Of a stretch of DNA of 64,000 nt, positions 30,524-39,821 are shown one piece after another. Under the pieces are notes generated by a model. It was not told the origin of the DNA, did no database searches, and worked only from the letters and a program-made list of their open reading frames with translations. Each line of letters starts with the position of its first letter. Within the stretch, counting starts at the first letter, position 1. The translations under genes were made by a program, and so were the position numbers. The DNA is from a bacterium (GTDB lineage Bacteria > Patescibacteriota > Patescibacteriia > UBA9570): contig JAUYKW010000027.1 in NCBI GenBank assembly GCA_030698395.1, positions 3,174-67,173 of the forward strand, written 5' to 3'.

Positions 30524-32305
30524 CTACTCGTCTTCAGTATCCGCTTTTACAACCGCTTTAATTCGCCTTACACCAGCACTACAAGCTTTTTCTTTTAGTA
30601 TTTTAAACTTACCAACTTCTTTAGTGTTATTTACATGAGGTCCACCACAAAATTCCTTAGAAAAGTCCCCTATAATGTAGACTTTCACACGATCTGCGTA
30701 CTTCTCATCAAATAAGCCAATAGCTCCCATTTTTTTTGCTTCATCAACAGTCATTATCTTATAATGTACATCTAGCCCTTCCTGAATTTTTTCATTTACC
30801 ATATCTTCGACGGCCTTTACCTGTTCATCAGTAAGTTTGTCTGGATGAGAAAAATCAAAACGAACTCTCTCTGGCGTGATGTTAGACCCTCTTTGCAAGA
30901 CATGCTCACCCAATACTCTTCGCAATGATTCCTGCAGTAAATGAGTTGCCGTATGTCCTCTAATAGTCTCCCAAGATGCATCTGCCAATCCACCTTTAAA
31001 GCGTTTCTGGGCACCAGCTCGAGATGTTTCCTGATGTTGCAGATAAAACTCATCAAAACCTTCTTCATCTATCACAATACCTTTTTCTGCTGCTAGTTCT
31101 TTTGATATCTCTAATGGAAACCCATATGTATCGAACAAATGAAAAGCATGTTCACCTGGCATGATATCATTTGCTTTTAAATGCTTAGTTAACTTCTGAA
31201 ACTGTTTTTCACCAGATTTTAAAGTTTTTTCAAACTTTTCTTCTTCATTAACAATCTCCATTTTAATTTCAGATCTATTTTTTTCCAACTCTGGATAAAA
31301 CTCACCGTACTCAGCGATGACAATATCAGCAATATCTTGTAAAAAGAAATCTGTAATTCCTAATTTCCTGCCATGTCTAACCGATCGTCTAATTAATCTT
31401 CTTAATACATAACCTTGATCAACATTTGATGGGCTTACACCATCGGCAATAATAAAAGTTGCGGCCCGCATGTGATCACAGATAATTTCTTTTGATGTAT
31501 CTTCATGATAAACTGCCAATTCAGTTATCTTATCCATTATTGGCACAAAAAGATCAGTTGTATATACCTCCTCCTTACCGTTCAATATAGCAGTTACCCG
31601 TTCCAATCCCATGCCAGTATCAACATTCTTTTGTTTTAATGGTGCATATGTTCCATCCTCAAGTTTATTGAACTCCATAAAAACATCATTCCAAATTTCT
31701 ACATACTTACCACAAGAACAACTCGGCTCGCAAGTAGGGCTACATTCTTGTAATCCAGTATCATAAAACATTTCAGTATCTGGTCCACATGGTCCTGTTG
31801 CACCAGCCGGACCCCACCAATTTTCTGATTTTGGATAATAATATATATGATCACCAGGCACGCCAAGATTTCGCCAAATCCGTGCAGATTCTTCATCTCG
31901 AGGTGCATCATCATCGCCTGCAAATACACTAACAGACAACTTACTCTTTGGGATATTTAGCCATTCTTCGCTAGTAAGAAATTCATAACTCATTGCAATC
32001 GCTTCTTCCTTAAAATAGTCACCCAACGACCAATTTCCCAACATTTCAAAAAATGTCAGATGCCATCTATCCCCCACTTCTTCGATATCGCCTGTTCTAA
32101 TGCATTTCTGAACATTCGTTAATCTTACTCCGGCTGGATGTGTTTCTCCCATTAAATAAGGGATTAAAGGATGCATTCCGGCAGTTGTAAATAATACCGT
32201 AGGATCATGCTCCGGAATTAAAGACGCTGAACCAATTGTTGAATGTTCTTTCTGTGAAAAAAATGCTAAATATTTGCTACGAATTTCTTTAGATGTAATG
32301 CTCAT
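30524..32305 (-). CDS. alaS: Alanine--tRNA ligase, minimal form (no C-Ala domain)
   Basis: LFTTAGMHP, HLTFFEMLGNWS, VDTGMGLER, HTATHLL and EFCGGPHV editing motifs; ends just after GVRRIKA. Confidence 0.97.
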   Translation of the reverse strand: MSITSKEIRSKYLAFFSQKEHSTIGSASLIPEHDPTVLFTTAGMHPLIPYLMGETHPAGVRLTNVQKCIRTGDIEEVGDRWHLTFFEMLGNWSLGDYFKEEAIAMSYEFLTSEEWLNIPKSKLSVSVFAGDDDAPRDEESARIWRNLGVPGDHIYYYPKSENWWGPAGATGPCGPDTEMFYDTGLQECSPTCEPSCSCGKYVEIWNDVFMEFNKLEDGTYAPLKQKNVDTGMGLERVTAILNGKEEVYTTDLFVPIMDKITELAVYHEDTSKEIICDHMRAATFIIADGVSPSNVDQGYVLRRLIRRSVRHGRKLGITDFFLQDIADIVIAEYGEFYPELEKNRSEIKMEIVNEEEKFEKTLKSGEKQFQKLTKHLKANDIMPGEHAFHLFDTYGFPLEISKELAAEKGIVIDEEGFDEFYLQHQETSRAGAQKRFKGGLADASWETIRGHTATHLLQESLRRVLGEHVLQRGSNITPERVRFDFSHPDKLTDEQVKAVEDMVNEKIQEGLDVHYKIMTVDEAKKMGAIGLFDEKYADRVKVYIIGDFSKEFCGGPHVNNTKEVGKFKILKEKACSAGVRRIKAVVKADTEDE

Positions 32306-32314
32306 AATGGTCAG

Positions 32315-32323
32315 ATTCTACCA
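32315..32323 (-). promoter_or_regulatory. Extended -10 element of alaS
   Basis: TGGTAGAAT 9 nt upstream of the ATG; no SD sequence. Confidence 0.55.
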
Positions 32324-32421
32324 AAAAATTAACTCTTCGTCTAGCTATACTAATATCGCAAAAATAGATGCCGTAAGTAATTTACTAATAAAGTATTGTA
32401 AATTATAAAAGAATTATAATA

Positions 32422-32562
32422 TTATTTTGAACATTTATCCGCACAAGATCTTTTCCTGCAACAACAATTCTTTTTGCATAACTTCAATAATATCAAAACT
32501 CCAAATAGTATTGCGCCCGCACTCAATAAACCTGTTTTATTTTTTTTTGATAATTCTTTCAT
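32422..32562 (-). CDS. Unannotated 46-aa membrane microprotein with Cys-rich basic tail
   Basis: Manual translation [46 protein letters not shown]; ATGA overlap with the mnmA stop; fills an otherwise empty gap. Confidence 0.6.
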   Translation of the reverse strand: MKELSKKNKTGLLSAGAILFGVLILLKLCKKNCCCRKRSCADKCSK

Positions 32563-33665
32563 GAAGATATATTTAATTCTCGTTTTTTAATCTCTGCTCC
32601 ACCTATTACTGTAGCACCATCATAGAACACTGCAAACTGCCCAGGAGTAACAGCACGTTCTGCTTCATGTAAAAGAACTTTGCTACCATCAATAGTACAA
32701 GGCACATCCGGAGAACGATAGCGCACCTTTACAGTACAATCAAACTTATCTGCTGGTCTATTTCCTGCTATCCAAAAATCATCCTCAATTGTAAACCAAG
32801 TTGATAACAAACTAGGATGATCGGTGCCCTGACAAATTATTAAAGTATTATTTTTAATATCTTTTTCCACTACAAAATATGGTCCTGTACCACCTATTTC
32901 CAATCCATACCGCTGTCCAATAGTATAATACGCCAACCCTTTATGTTCGCCCATATTTTTTCCCTCCACAGTAATCATGGATCCCGGTTTATGCGGTACG
33001 TATTGCTCCAAAAAAGTCCGAAATTCAATATCTCCAATAAAACATAATCCTTGACTATCCTTTTTATCAGCAACCGGCAAATTATAAGCCTGAGCTGCTT
33101 TTCTTACGTCTGTTTTCTGCATATGCCCAATTGGGAACAAAATTTTTGATAGCTGTTCTTGAGTAAGATGATAAATAAAATATGTTTGATCTTTATTTGC
33201 ATCTGCTCCCCTTTTCAATTGCCACATACCACTCTCGTTCTGTGAAACTTGAGCATGATGACCTGTTGCTACCTTATCAAATCCAGCTACCTCTGCTTTT
33301 TTTAAAAATGACTTAAATTTTATTTCAGTGTTGCACATTACATCAGGATTAGGTGTTTTTCCTTTTTTATACTCAGATAAAAAATACTCAAACACCTTAT
33401 CTCTATATTCTCGTTCAAAATTTATAATTTCACATGGTATGTTTAGAGTTTTACAAATTTCCTGTACATCTTCATATTCTTCTAACCAAGGACACTCATC
33501 TTTTCGATAGTTTACTTCTCCTACATCGGTCCAATTTTTCATATAATATCCAGTCACATCATAACCTTGCTCCACCAATATTGCGGCTGCCACGGCAGAG
33601 TCCACGCCGCCACTAAGAGCGACTGCAACCTTATTGTGATTTCTATTATCGTGTGCTATAGTCAT
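32559..33665 (-). CDS. mnmA: tRNA 2-thiouridylase MnmA
   Basis: SGGVDS PP-loop, [34 protein letters not shown]. Confidence 0.97.
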   Translation of the reverse strand: MTIAHDNRNHNKVAVALSGGVDSAVAAAILVEQGYDVTGYYMKNWTDVGEVNYRKDECPWLEEYEDVQEICKTLNIPCEIINFEREYRDKVFEYFLSEYKKGKTPNPDVMCNTEIKFKSFLKKAEVAGFDKVATGHHAQVSQNESGMWQLKRGADANKDQTYFIYHLTQEQLSKILFPIGHMQKTDVRKAAQAYNLPVADKKDSQGLCFIGDIEFRTFLEQYVPHKPGSMITVEGKNMGEHKGLAYYTIGQRYGLEIGGTGPYFVVEKDIKNNTLIICQGTDHPSLLSTWFTIEDDFWIAGNRPADKFDCTVKVRYRSPDVPCTIDGSKVLLHEAERAVTPGQFAVFYDGATVIGGAEIKKRELNISS

Positions 33666-33674
33666 ACGCGTACT

Positions 33675-34571
33675 ATGACTAAAAAGAATACAACTGTAAA
33701 GAAAAATACCCTCAAGCTAAAAGCTGGATTAGCTCAAATGCTTAAAGGTGGAGTGATTATGGATGTAGTAACTCCAGAACATGCAAAGATAGCTGAGGAT
33801 GCTGGAGCAGTTGCAGTAATGGCCCTAGAACGTGTACCAGCTGATATCAGAGCCACTGGTGGTGTTGCCAGAATGAGTGATCCAAAGTTGATTAAGCAAA
33901 TCATGAAAACAGTCTCTATTCCAGTAATGGCAAAGGTAAGAATTGGCCATTTCGTAGAGGCACAAATACTTGAATCACTAGGTGTAGACTACATTGATGA
34001 ATCAGAAGTTTTAACACCAGCAGACAATGATTATCATATTAACAAAAATATATTCGACGTCCCTTTTGTATGCGGATGCAGAAATCTAGGCGAGGCTTTA
34101 AGACGAATTAATGAAGGAGCTGCCATGATTAGAACAAAGGGTGAAGCTGGAACTGGCAATATTGTGGAAGCTGTAAAACATATCAGAACATTATCCGAAG
34201 GTATTGAGGCTATTCAACACATGAATGAATCGGGGTTAAAAAAGATGGCCGTAGAAATGCGTGTACCTGTTGAATTATTAAAACAGGTAAAAAAACTAGG
34301 TAGATTACCTGTTGTTAACTTCGCAGCTGGCGGTATAGCAACTCCGGCAGACGCTGCTTTAGCAATGCAATTGGGAGTTGATGGAGTATTTGTAGGTAGT
34401 GGAATATTCAAATCAAAAAATCCAACTAAAAGAGCAATGGCAATTGTAGAAGCAACAACTCATTATCAAGATCCAGATATTCTTGCAAAAATATCTGAGA
34501 ACCTAGGAGCACCTATGACCGGCATCGACATGGATGATGTTGCAGTCAAAATGGCAGAACGAGGAAACTAG
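33675..34571 (+). CDS. pdxS: Pyridoxal 5'-phosphate synthase lyase subunit
   Basis: [47 protein letters not shown]; true start is ATG 33675. Confidence 0.97.
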   Translation: MTKKNTTVKKNTLKLKAGLAQMLKGGVIMDVVTPEHAKIAEDAGAVAVMALERVPADIRATGGVARMSDPKLIKQIMKTVSIPVMAKVRIGHFVEAQILESLGVDYIDESEVLTPADNDYHINKNIFDVPFVCGCRNLGEALRRINEGAAMIRTKGEAGTGNIVEAVKHIRTLSEGIEAIQHMNESGLKKMAVEMRVPVELLKQVKKLGRLPVVNFAAGGIATPADAALAMQLGVDGVFVGSGIFKSKNPTKRAMAIVEATTHYQDPDILAKISENLGAPMTGIDMDDVAVKMAERGN

Positions 34572-34572
34572 T

Positions 34573-35154
34573 ATGTCAAAACCTATCGTTGGTGTACTAG
34601 CCTTACAAGGCGACTTCGTAGAGCATGTGGAAATTTTACATTCCTTAAATATTCCAACACAAGAAGTGCGGAATATAAGTGATGCAAACATGACCGCTGG
34701 TTTAATAATTCCTGGGGGTGAAAGTACCGCCATCGGAAAATTATTAAAATCAACAAAACTAGACAAGTGGATAAAAAATAATGCAACTAACGGTTATCCA
34801 GTCTTTGGAACTTGTGCTGGATGCATTTTGATAGCCCAAGATGTAGATTCAGAATATTCATTAAAACTAATCGATATTACTGTCAGCCGTAACGCATATG
34901 GCAGACAATTAGATTCGTTCGAAACTATACTTACTGGTACAAAATTAAAAAATGTACATGGTATATTTATTAGAGCTCCTAAGATAACTAAAGTTAGTAG
35001 CACTGTTAACATTCTATTAAAATACAAAAAAGAACCAGTTTTGGTTCAACAAGATAATATCTTAGCCGGTACCTTCCATCCAGAACTCTCAACAAACGCC
35101 GTAGTCCATGAGTATTTTGCTAAACTAGTAAAAAAATTTAATTACCACGAATAG
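34573..35154 (+). CDS. pdxT: PLP synthase glutaminase subunit
   Basis: GVLALQGDF, PGGEST, GTCAG, RNAYGRQLDSF, FHPEL. Confidence 0.97.
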   Translation: MSKPIVGVLALQGDFVEHVEILHSLNIPTQEVRNISDANMTAGLIIPGGESTAIGKLLKSTKLDKWIKNNATNGYPVFGTCAGCILIAQDVDSEYSLKLIDITVSRNAYGRQLDSFETILTGTKLKNVHGIFIRAPKITKVSSTVNILLKYKKEPVLVQQDNILAGTFHPELSTNAVVHEYFAKLVKKFNYHE

Positions 35155-36404
35155 TTATTGAATGCCCACTTCATTAGGCGTTCAGTTTCGGAAAATCTCG
35201 TCCATGGAGATGGCGAGCCAAAAAGTACGGTTATAACCTCCCTATCACCATCTTTCGCTTTCAATGCCAAACAATAAAGCGCCTCATCAAGATATCCCGT
35301 TTTACTACCTGTGATATATAAATCACTAGTCCTCATCAATTCATTTGTATTCTTAAAACTGTGCACTTCACCAGTATTCCTCGTGACAAAACTATATGAG
35401 GACGCCGCTGTATGTTCAAGCATCTGAGGTGACTTCATTATCAGGCGTACGAATTTAGCATAATCTGCAACAGTAGACTGATTCAAAGGATCTAATCCAG
35501 ATGGATCAGCAAAGGTTGTATTCTCTAAACCAAGTTCTTGAGCTTTAAGATTCATCATACCCACAAACTCTTCCTTGGAATATCCCGCATGATATACCAA
35601 AGCGTAAGCAGCATTATTTGCCGACCCTACAGTCATAGCGTACATCAAATCGTTCATAGATAAAATTTCTCCATTATTCATGCGTAAACGTGCGCCAATT
35701 TGATCAAATTGTGAATAATAAGTAACTTCTCTATCCAAATCCACATTATTTGAAAATAATACGTAAGCTGTCATCAGCTTTGTTAAAGATGCAATTGATC
35801 TTTTTTCCGTGGTATTTTTACCGTATAATTCTTCACCTGTAGCTTCATCAATAGCAATTACTGCTACGGCATTTATATCGCCTAAATCTTGATATTCGCT
35901 CTTTTTTATTGGTCCAATTGAATATCTTAAATCATCAAATACACCAACTATTGAGTATGGAAAATGCCACGCTGCCCTGACTCTGTTATTCACAGTATCT
36001 AAATATGTTGGCAAAGCAATCCACTCTTCCAGTGTGCCATCATAGTAATACACATTACGCTTATGCTCTGGATCCTCTGAGTAATCAAATGATAGCCAAA
36101 TTGGTTTATCAAAATATCCAACATTTTCAAAATCTATTTGATACAAAAACACATCAGATGCTGGCTCTAAATAGCTTGGTAATTCTGGATAAACAGCCTT
36201 TTTTCGTAACCAAAAGGGTGCCTCTCCTATAAAAGTATTAGGTTGTATTCCAACTGAAGCAGACTCTAACTGCAAGGTATAACCACGTGTCATAGTTTCT
36301 TCATCAAGAAAAACCTTATTGCTAAGTTGCTTTGCCGAAGCAGAAACTGGTAATACCAAAAGAACAAATGCAAAACTTAATGTTGCTATTTTAAACTTAA
36401 TCAT
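35142..36404 (-). CDS. D-Ala-D-Ala carboxypeptidase (S11) with signal peptide and extra N-terminal domain
   Basis: IASLTKLMT (SxxK), SANN (SxN), KTGY; signal peptide ending ASA; about 150-aa extra domain. Confidence 0.88.
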   Translation of the reverse strand: MIKFKIATLSFAFVLLVLPVSASAKQLSNKVFLDEETMTRGYTLQLESASVGIQPNTFIGEAPFWLRKKAVYPELPSYLEPASDVFLYQIDFENVGYFDKPIWLSFDYSEDPEHKRNVYYYDGTLEEWIALPTYLDTVNNRVRAAWHFPYSIVGVFDDLRYSIGPIKKSEYQDLGDINAVAVIAIDEATGEELYGKNTTEKRSIASLTKLMTAYVLFSNNVDLDREVTYYSQFDQIGARLRMNNGEILSMNDLMYAMTVGSANNAAYALVYHAGYSKEEFVGMMNLKAQELGLENTTFADPSGLDPLNQSTVADYAKFVRLIMKSPQMLEHTAASSYSFVTRNTGEVHSFKNTNELMRTSDLYITGSKTGYLDEALYCLALKAKDGDREVITVLFGSPSPWTRFSETERLMKWAFNNYSW

Positions 36405-37168
36405 TATCCTGCAGAATTATTTGGATCGTATCCGTTATTGATTTCACTGCCATCCTCATGACCATCACCATCGGTATCTACCTTTAATGGATCGGTTTTA
36501 TGAGTTTTTACTTCATCATAATCTGTTATTCCGTCACCATCAGTGTCTGGAACATTTTCATCAGTTCCATATTTCTTTTCATCAATATCACGTAAACCAT
36601 CACCATCGGTATCCCGTTCATGTAAGGGTACATTTGTAACATCAGTCGTAGTGTCATCTTCAGAAACTGGCGTCTCCTCAGTTGTATTTTCCTCAATAAC
36701 AGCTTCCTCATCCTTCTGTTCTTCTTTAATATTTTCTTCTGTAGTTGTTGTAGTGGTTCCGTTAGAAAATGGATCCAATGATAAATAAAGCCAAATCCCA
36801 CCACCCACCAAAAGACCAACCACTATTAATACAACAAATAACATTATCAACTTCTGTGTCGCTGATAAAGTTTCTCGCTTAAACATATCCGATACTGCTT
36901 GATCTGGTTGTTCAAAAGTACCTGGTGGGCTAATGGATGCACCAGCATCGTTGTTTAATCCTGCAAATCCAGTTGATGGTTTTGATGGATGCTGCGGAGT
37001 TGTTGGCGGAGGTTGTGGTCCTAAAGATTGCGGTGGCATATATGCGGCTTGCCCCGGCGGAGATAGAGGTTGTGCTACCGCAGGTTGCTGCGGAGTTGTT
37101 GGCGGAGGTTGTGTTGTTGGTGGTACTGGCCCACCTGATTGCCCTCCGTCTGACGCATCTTCAAACAT
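36404..37168 (-). CDS. Single-pass membrane protein: Pro/Gln-rich N-terminus, TM, acidic stalk, C-terminal DxDGDG calcium-binding (TSP3-like) repeats
   Basis: Three DTDGDG repeats; TM LIMLFVVLIVVGLLVGGGIWLY; ATG 37168 preceded by TGCTATACT. Confidence 0.75.
   Translation of the reverse strand: MFEDASDGGQSGGPVPPTTQPPPTTPQQPAVAQPLSPPGQAAYMPPQSLGPQPPPTTPQHPSKPSTGFAGLNNDAGASISPPGTFEQPDQAVSDMFKRETLSATQKLIMLFVVLIVVGLLVGGGIWLYLSLDPFSNGTTTTTTEENIKEEQKDEEAVIEENTTEETPVSEDDTTTDVTNVPLHERDTDGDGLRDIDEKKYGTDENVPDTDGDGITDYDEVKTHKTDPLKVDTDGDGHEDGSEINNGYDPNNSAG
36990..37113. repeat. 28-bp perfect direct repeat, two copies, period 96 bp, encoding QPPPTTPQ
   Basis: tgctgcggagttgttggcggaggttgtg at 36990-37017 and 37086-37113. 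Confidence 0.85.
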
Positions 37169-37214
37169 GAAAAAAGTATAGCACAGATTGATGTTTTGGT
37201 ATATAATTAATTCG

Positions 37215-38861
37215 ATGGCAAAAAAACAAGGAGGCATCCTACAAAACCTTAAACTAACACAGAAAATATTCTTTATTTTTGTGTTAATGATTATCTTGGT
37301 GATTAATTCATGGGCATTTACTTTAACGACGGTACTAGATTTTCAAGAAAGTTTTTCCAAAGTAGAAACCTACGCATTTCCAAGTATTATTAAAACTTCA
37401 CAATTGAAAGATCATTTGCACATTGCATTGCTCGGTGTCTATAATTATATAAATACTGGTGATGAAGCGAGTAAACTAGTATACCAAGAGCAATTTACAG
37501 AAGCTATCAGAGCAGAATATGATTTGTTTCAGTTATCGGAAACATCAACAGATTTCATTTTCACACAACAATTTAACGAAAAATTATTAGCGATCTACAA
37601 TACAACTGATGAACTTGTAACTACATATGAGTTTGACCCTACATCTTCTGATGTTACAGAAAAATTAAGCCAATTGAATGGTTTAAGAGATGATTTTAAT
37701 ACATTTTTAAAGGATGAAATAACTACCCAAGTTGAACAACAAATTACCAATGCTAATGAGGGCATTAATTCTACAGTACAACAAATCCAATACTATTTAA
37801 TTGGTGTAGCAGTAATAGTTCTACTAATTATCATATTTATCTTGATTTTCATATCAAATAATATTACGAAGCCAGTAGCAATCTTAACTAAAGCAGCAGA
37901 AGAATTTGGTAAAGGTAAATTCGAAAAGGTTGAGATTAAGCATAATGATGAGCTGGGTCTATTTGCTAAGACGTTCAACAAAATGGCAAAAGATATTCAA
38001 TCTAGCCAAAAAGCATTGCAAGAAGAATTAGAAAAAACCAAAGAGCTAGATAGACAAAAATCTGAATTTCTTTCTGTGGCTGCTCATCAACTACGTACAC
38101 CTATGGCTGGTATCAGATGGGCCTCACAAATGCTATACGACGGAGACATGGGGAAACTTAACGAAGAACAAAAGCATCATCTAGGTGCAGGTTTGGATAA
38201 CATTAATAGAATGATCAAGTTAATTAATGATTTACTTGATGTCACAAAAATTGAAGAGCAAAAATTCAACTATACTTTTGTAAAAAGTGATATTACTTTA
38301 GCTGTTCAAGAAATTATAGACAGACTACAAGACCAAGCCAATGCCAAAAAGGTTAAAGTAACTCTAGATGCACCAAAAACATCTTTGTTGATTGAATTTG
38401 ATAAAGAAAAAATGGATATGGCATTGAACAACCTACTTGATAACGCAATAAAATACAGTAAACCAAGTGGACATGTTGACATTTCAATAAAAAAATCTAA
38501 GGATGGAATTGAATGTACGGTTCAAGATGATGGAATTGGAATTCCAGATAAGTCTCAAAATGAAGTATTTACGAAATTTTTTAGAGCTCCAAACGCTATG
38601 AAAGTATTCGCTGATGGCAGTGGACTCGGACTATATATGTTACAAGATATTATACATAAACATGAAGGTAATATCTCGTTTAAATCTAAAGAAGGTGAAG
38701 GCACTTCGTTTACTTTTTACTTACCAAAAACTCAACTTATATCGAAAAACAACATCAAAGCAAAGATGCTTGTAAGTGACGAAAATCAGACAGAAAAAAA
38801 ATCTACTGACGACTCAGAAAATTCAGAAAGCACTGAAGAAAAAGTCGAAGAAGAGAGCTAA
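37215..38861 (+). CDS. Membrane sensor histidine kinase (helical sensor, HAMP, HisKA, HATPase)
   Basis: Two TMs, HAMP (ITKPV..DELG.FAKTFNKM), AAHQLRTP, NLLDNAIKY, DDGIGI, GSGLGL; likely start ATG 37215. Confidence 0.93.
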   Translation: MAKKQGGILQNLKLTQKIFFIFVLMIILVINSWAFTLTTVLDFQESFSKVETYAFPSIIKTSQLKDHLHIALLGVYNYINTGDEASKLVYQEQFTEAIRAEYDLFQLSETSTDFIFTQQFNEKLLAIYNTTDELVTTYEFDPTSSDVTEKLSQLNGLRDDFNTFLKDEITTQVEQQITNANEGINSTVQQIQYYLIGVAVIVLLIIIFILIFISNNITKPVAILTKAAEEFGKGKFEKVEIKHNDELGLFAKTFNKMAKDIQSSQKALQEELEKTKELDRQKSEFLSVAAHQLRTPMAGIRWASQMLYDGDMGKLNEEQKHHLGAGLDNINRMIKLINDLLDVTKIEEQKFNYTFVKSDITLAVQEIIDRLQDQANAKKVKVTLDAPKTSLLIEFDKEKMDMALNNLLDNAIKYSKPSGHVDISIKKSKDGIECTVQDDGIGIPDKSQNEVFTKFFRAPNAMKVFADGSGLGLYMLQDIIHKHEGNISFKSKEGEGTSFTFYLPKTQLISKNNIKAKMLVSDENQTEKKSTDDSENSESTEEKVEEES

Positions 38862-38871
38862 AAAAATAATA

Positions 38872-39468
38872 CTAATTTAATTTTGCTAAGGTTATTTTAG
38901 CAAAATAGTCAAATTCAATATTCAATTTATCTCCTTTATTTACTGCTCCAAGAGTAGTGTTTTTTTGTGTAAAAGGAATGATCTTTACTGAAAAAATATC
39001 GTTATTAACATCCACAATCGTTAAATTTACTCCATCAATAGTAACACTTCCCTTTCTAATTAGATAATCGCTATATTTTGTAGGCACTTTCACTTCTAAG
39101 AATAGTTCACTCTTATTTGCATCTACATTATCAACTGTTCCCGCAACATCAATATGACCTGTGACAAAAGATCCTGAAATCTTTTTTTGTAAAGTAAGTG
39201 GACTTTCTGCATTTATTCTATCTCCAACACTAAGCAGACTCACTGTACTAACCTGCTGAGTCTCGTGCATATATTCAACTTTAATAACATCATCACTAAT
39301 ATCAGTTATTGTAGAACATACACCATTTAGCATGATACTATCGCCAATCCTATACTTCACCAATAATGGCTTTGACAATACTAACTCAAGAACTTCTGAA
39401 TCATCATCAGCTTTTAAAACAGAACCTTCTTTAACTAAAATAATTTCTTCTACAATTCCTGTAAACAT
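38872..39468 (-). CDS. ribE: Riboflavin synthase (alpha-type, two lumazine-binding repeats)
   Basis: MFTGIVEE, GDSIMLNGVC, VTGHID, KGSVTIDGVNLT, NIEFD. Confidence 0.9.
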   Translation of the reverse strand: MFTGIVEEIILVKEGSVLKADDDSEVLELVLSKPLLVKYRIGDSIMLNGVCSTITDISDDVIKVEYMHETQQVSTVSLLSVGDRINAESPLTLQKKISGSFVTGHIDVAGTVDNVDANKSELFLEVKVPTKYSDYLIRKGSVTIDGVNLTIVDVNNDIFSVKIIPFTQKNTTLGAVNKGDKLNIEFDYFAKITLAKLN

Positions 39469-39821
39469 GATTTTACTTCGTTAATATCATTCGTAATAGC
39501 AAAAATTAGATCCTTAACATCAGAGAATTTTTGATAATCGCGTATTTTTTGCAACAGTTCTACCGATATTTCCTGCCCATAAAGATCACTATCAAAATCA
39601 AGAATATGTGCTTCTAATCTAATTTCATTATCACTAAATATTTCTACTGGTCCAATAAAAATTGCTGCTGGAAGCCGGTCATCCCCAACTGTAACTATTC
39701 CTGCAAAAACTCCAGTGGGGACACTTTTATCTACATCAATATTAACTGTAGGAAAGCCAAGCTCTCTACCTTTGCCAAGATTCCTCCTAACAATACCGGA
39801 ATAACTGATAATAGCTGTTAT
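39450..39821 (-). CDS. Monofunctional riboflavin kinase with no ATG/GTG/TTG start (putative ATA start at 39821)
   Basis: Manual translation ..GIVRRNLGKGRELGFPTVNI..GVF..EAHILDFDSDLYGQEI..KIRD..KF; absent from the ORF track because there is no canonical start. Confidence 0.85.
   Translation of the reverse strand: MTAIISYSGIVRRNLGKGRELGFPTVNIDVDKSVPTGVFAGIVTVGDDRLPAAIFIGPVEIFSDNEIRLEAHILDFDSDLYGQEISVELLQKIRDYQKFSDVKDLIFAITNDINEVKSCLQEL

Noticed and set aside
33567-33674. N-terminal extension of PdxS given in the ORF track
   Set aside because: It overlaps mnmA on the opposite strand; PdxS similarity starts after ATG 33675.
36933-37181. Cys/Gly-rich plus-strand ORF resembling a metallothionein or RiPP precursor
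   Set aside because: It is the antisense reading of the Pro/Gln/Thr-rich repeat region of the minus-strand gene, which explains its composition.
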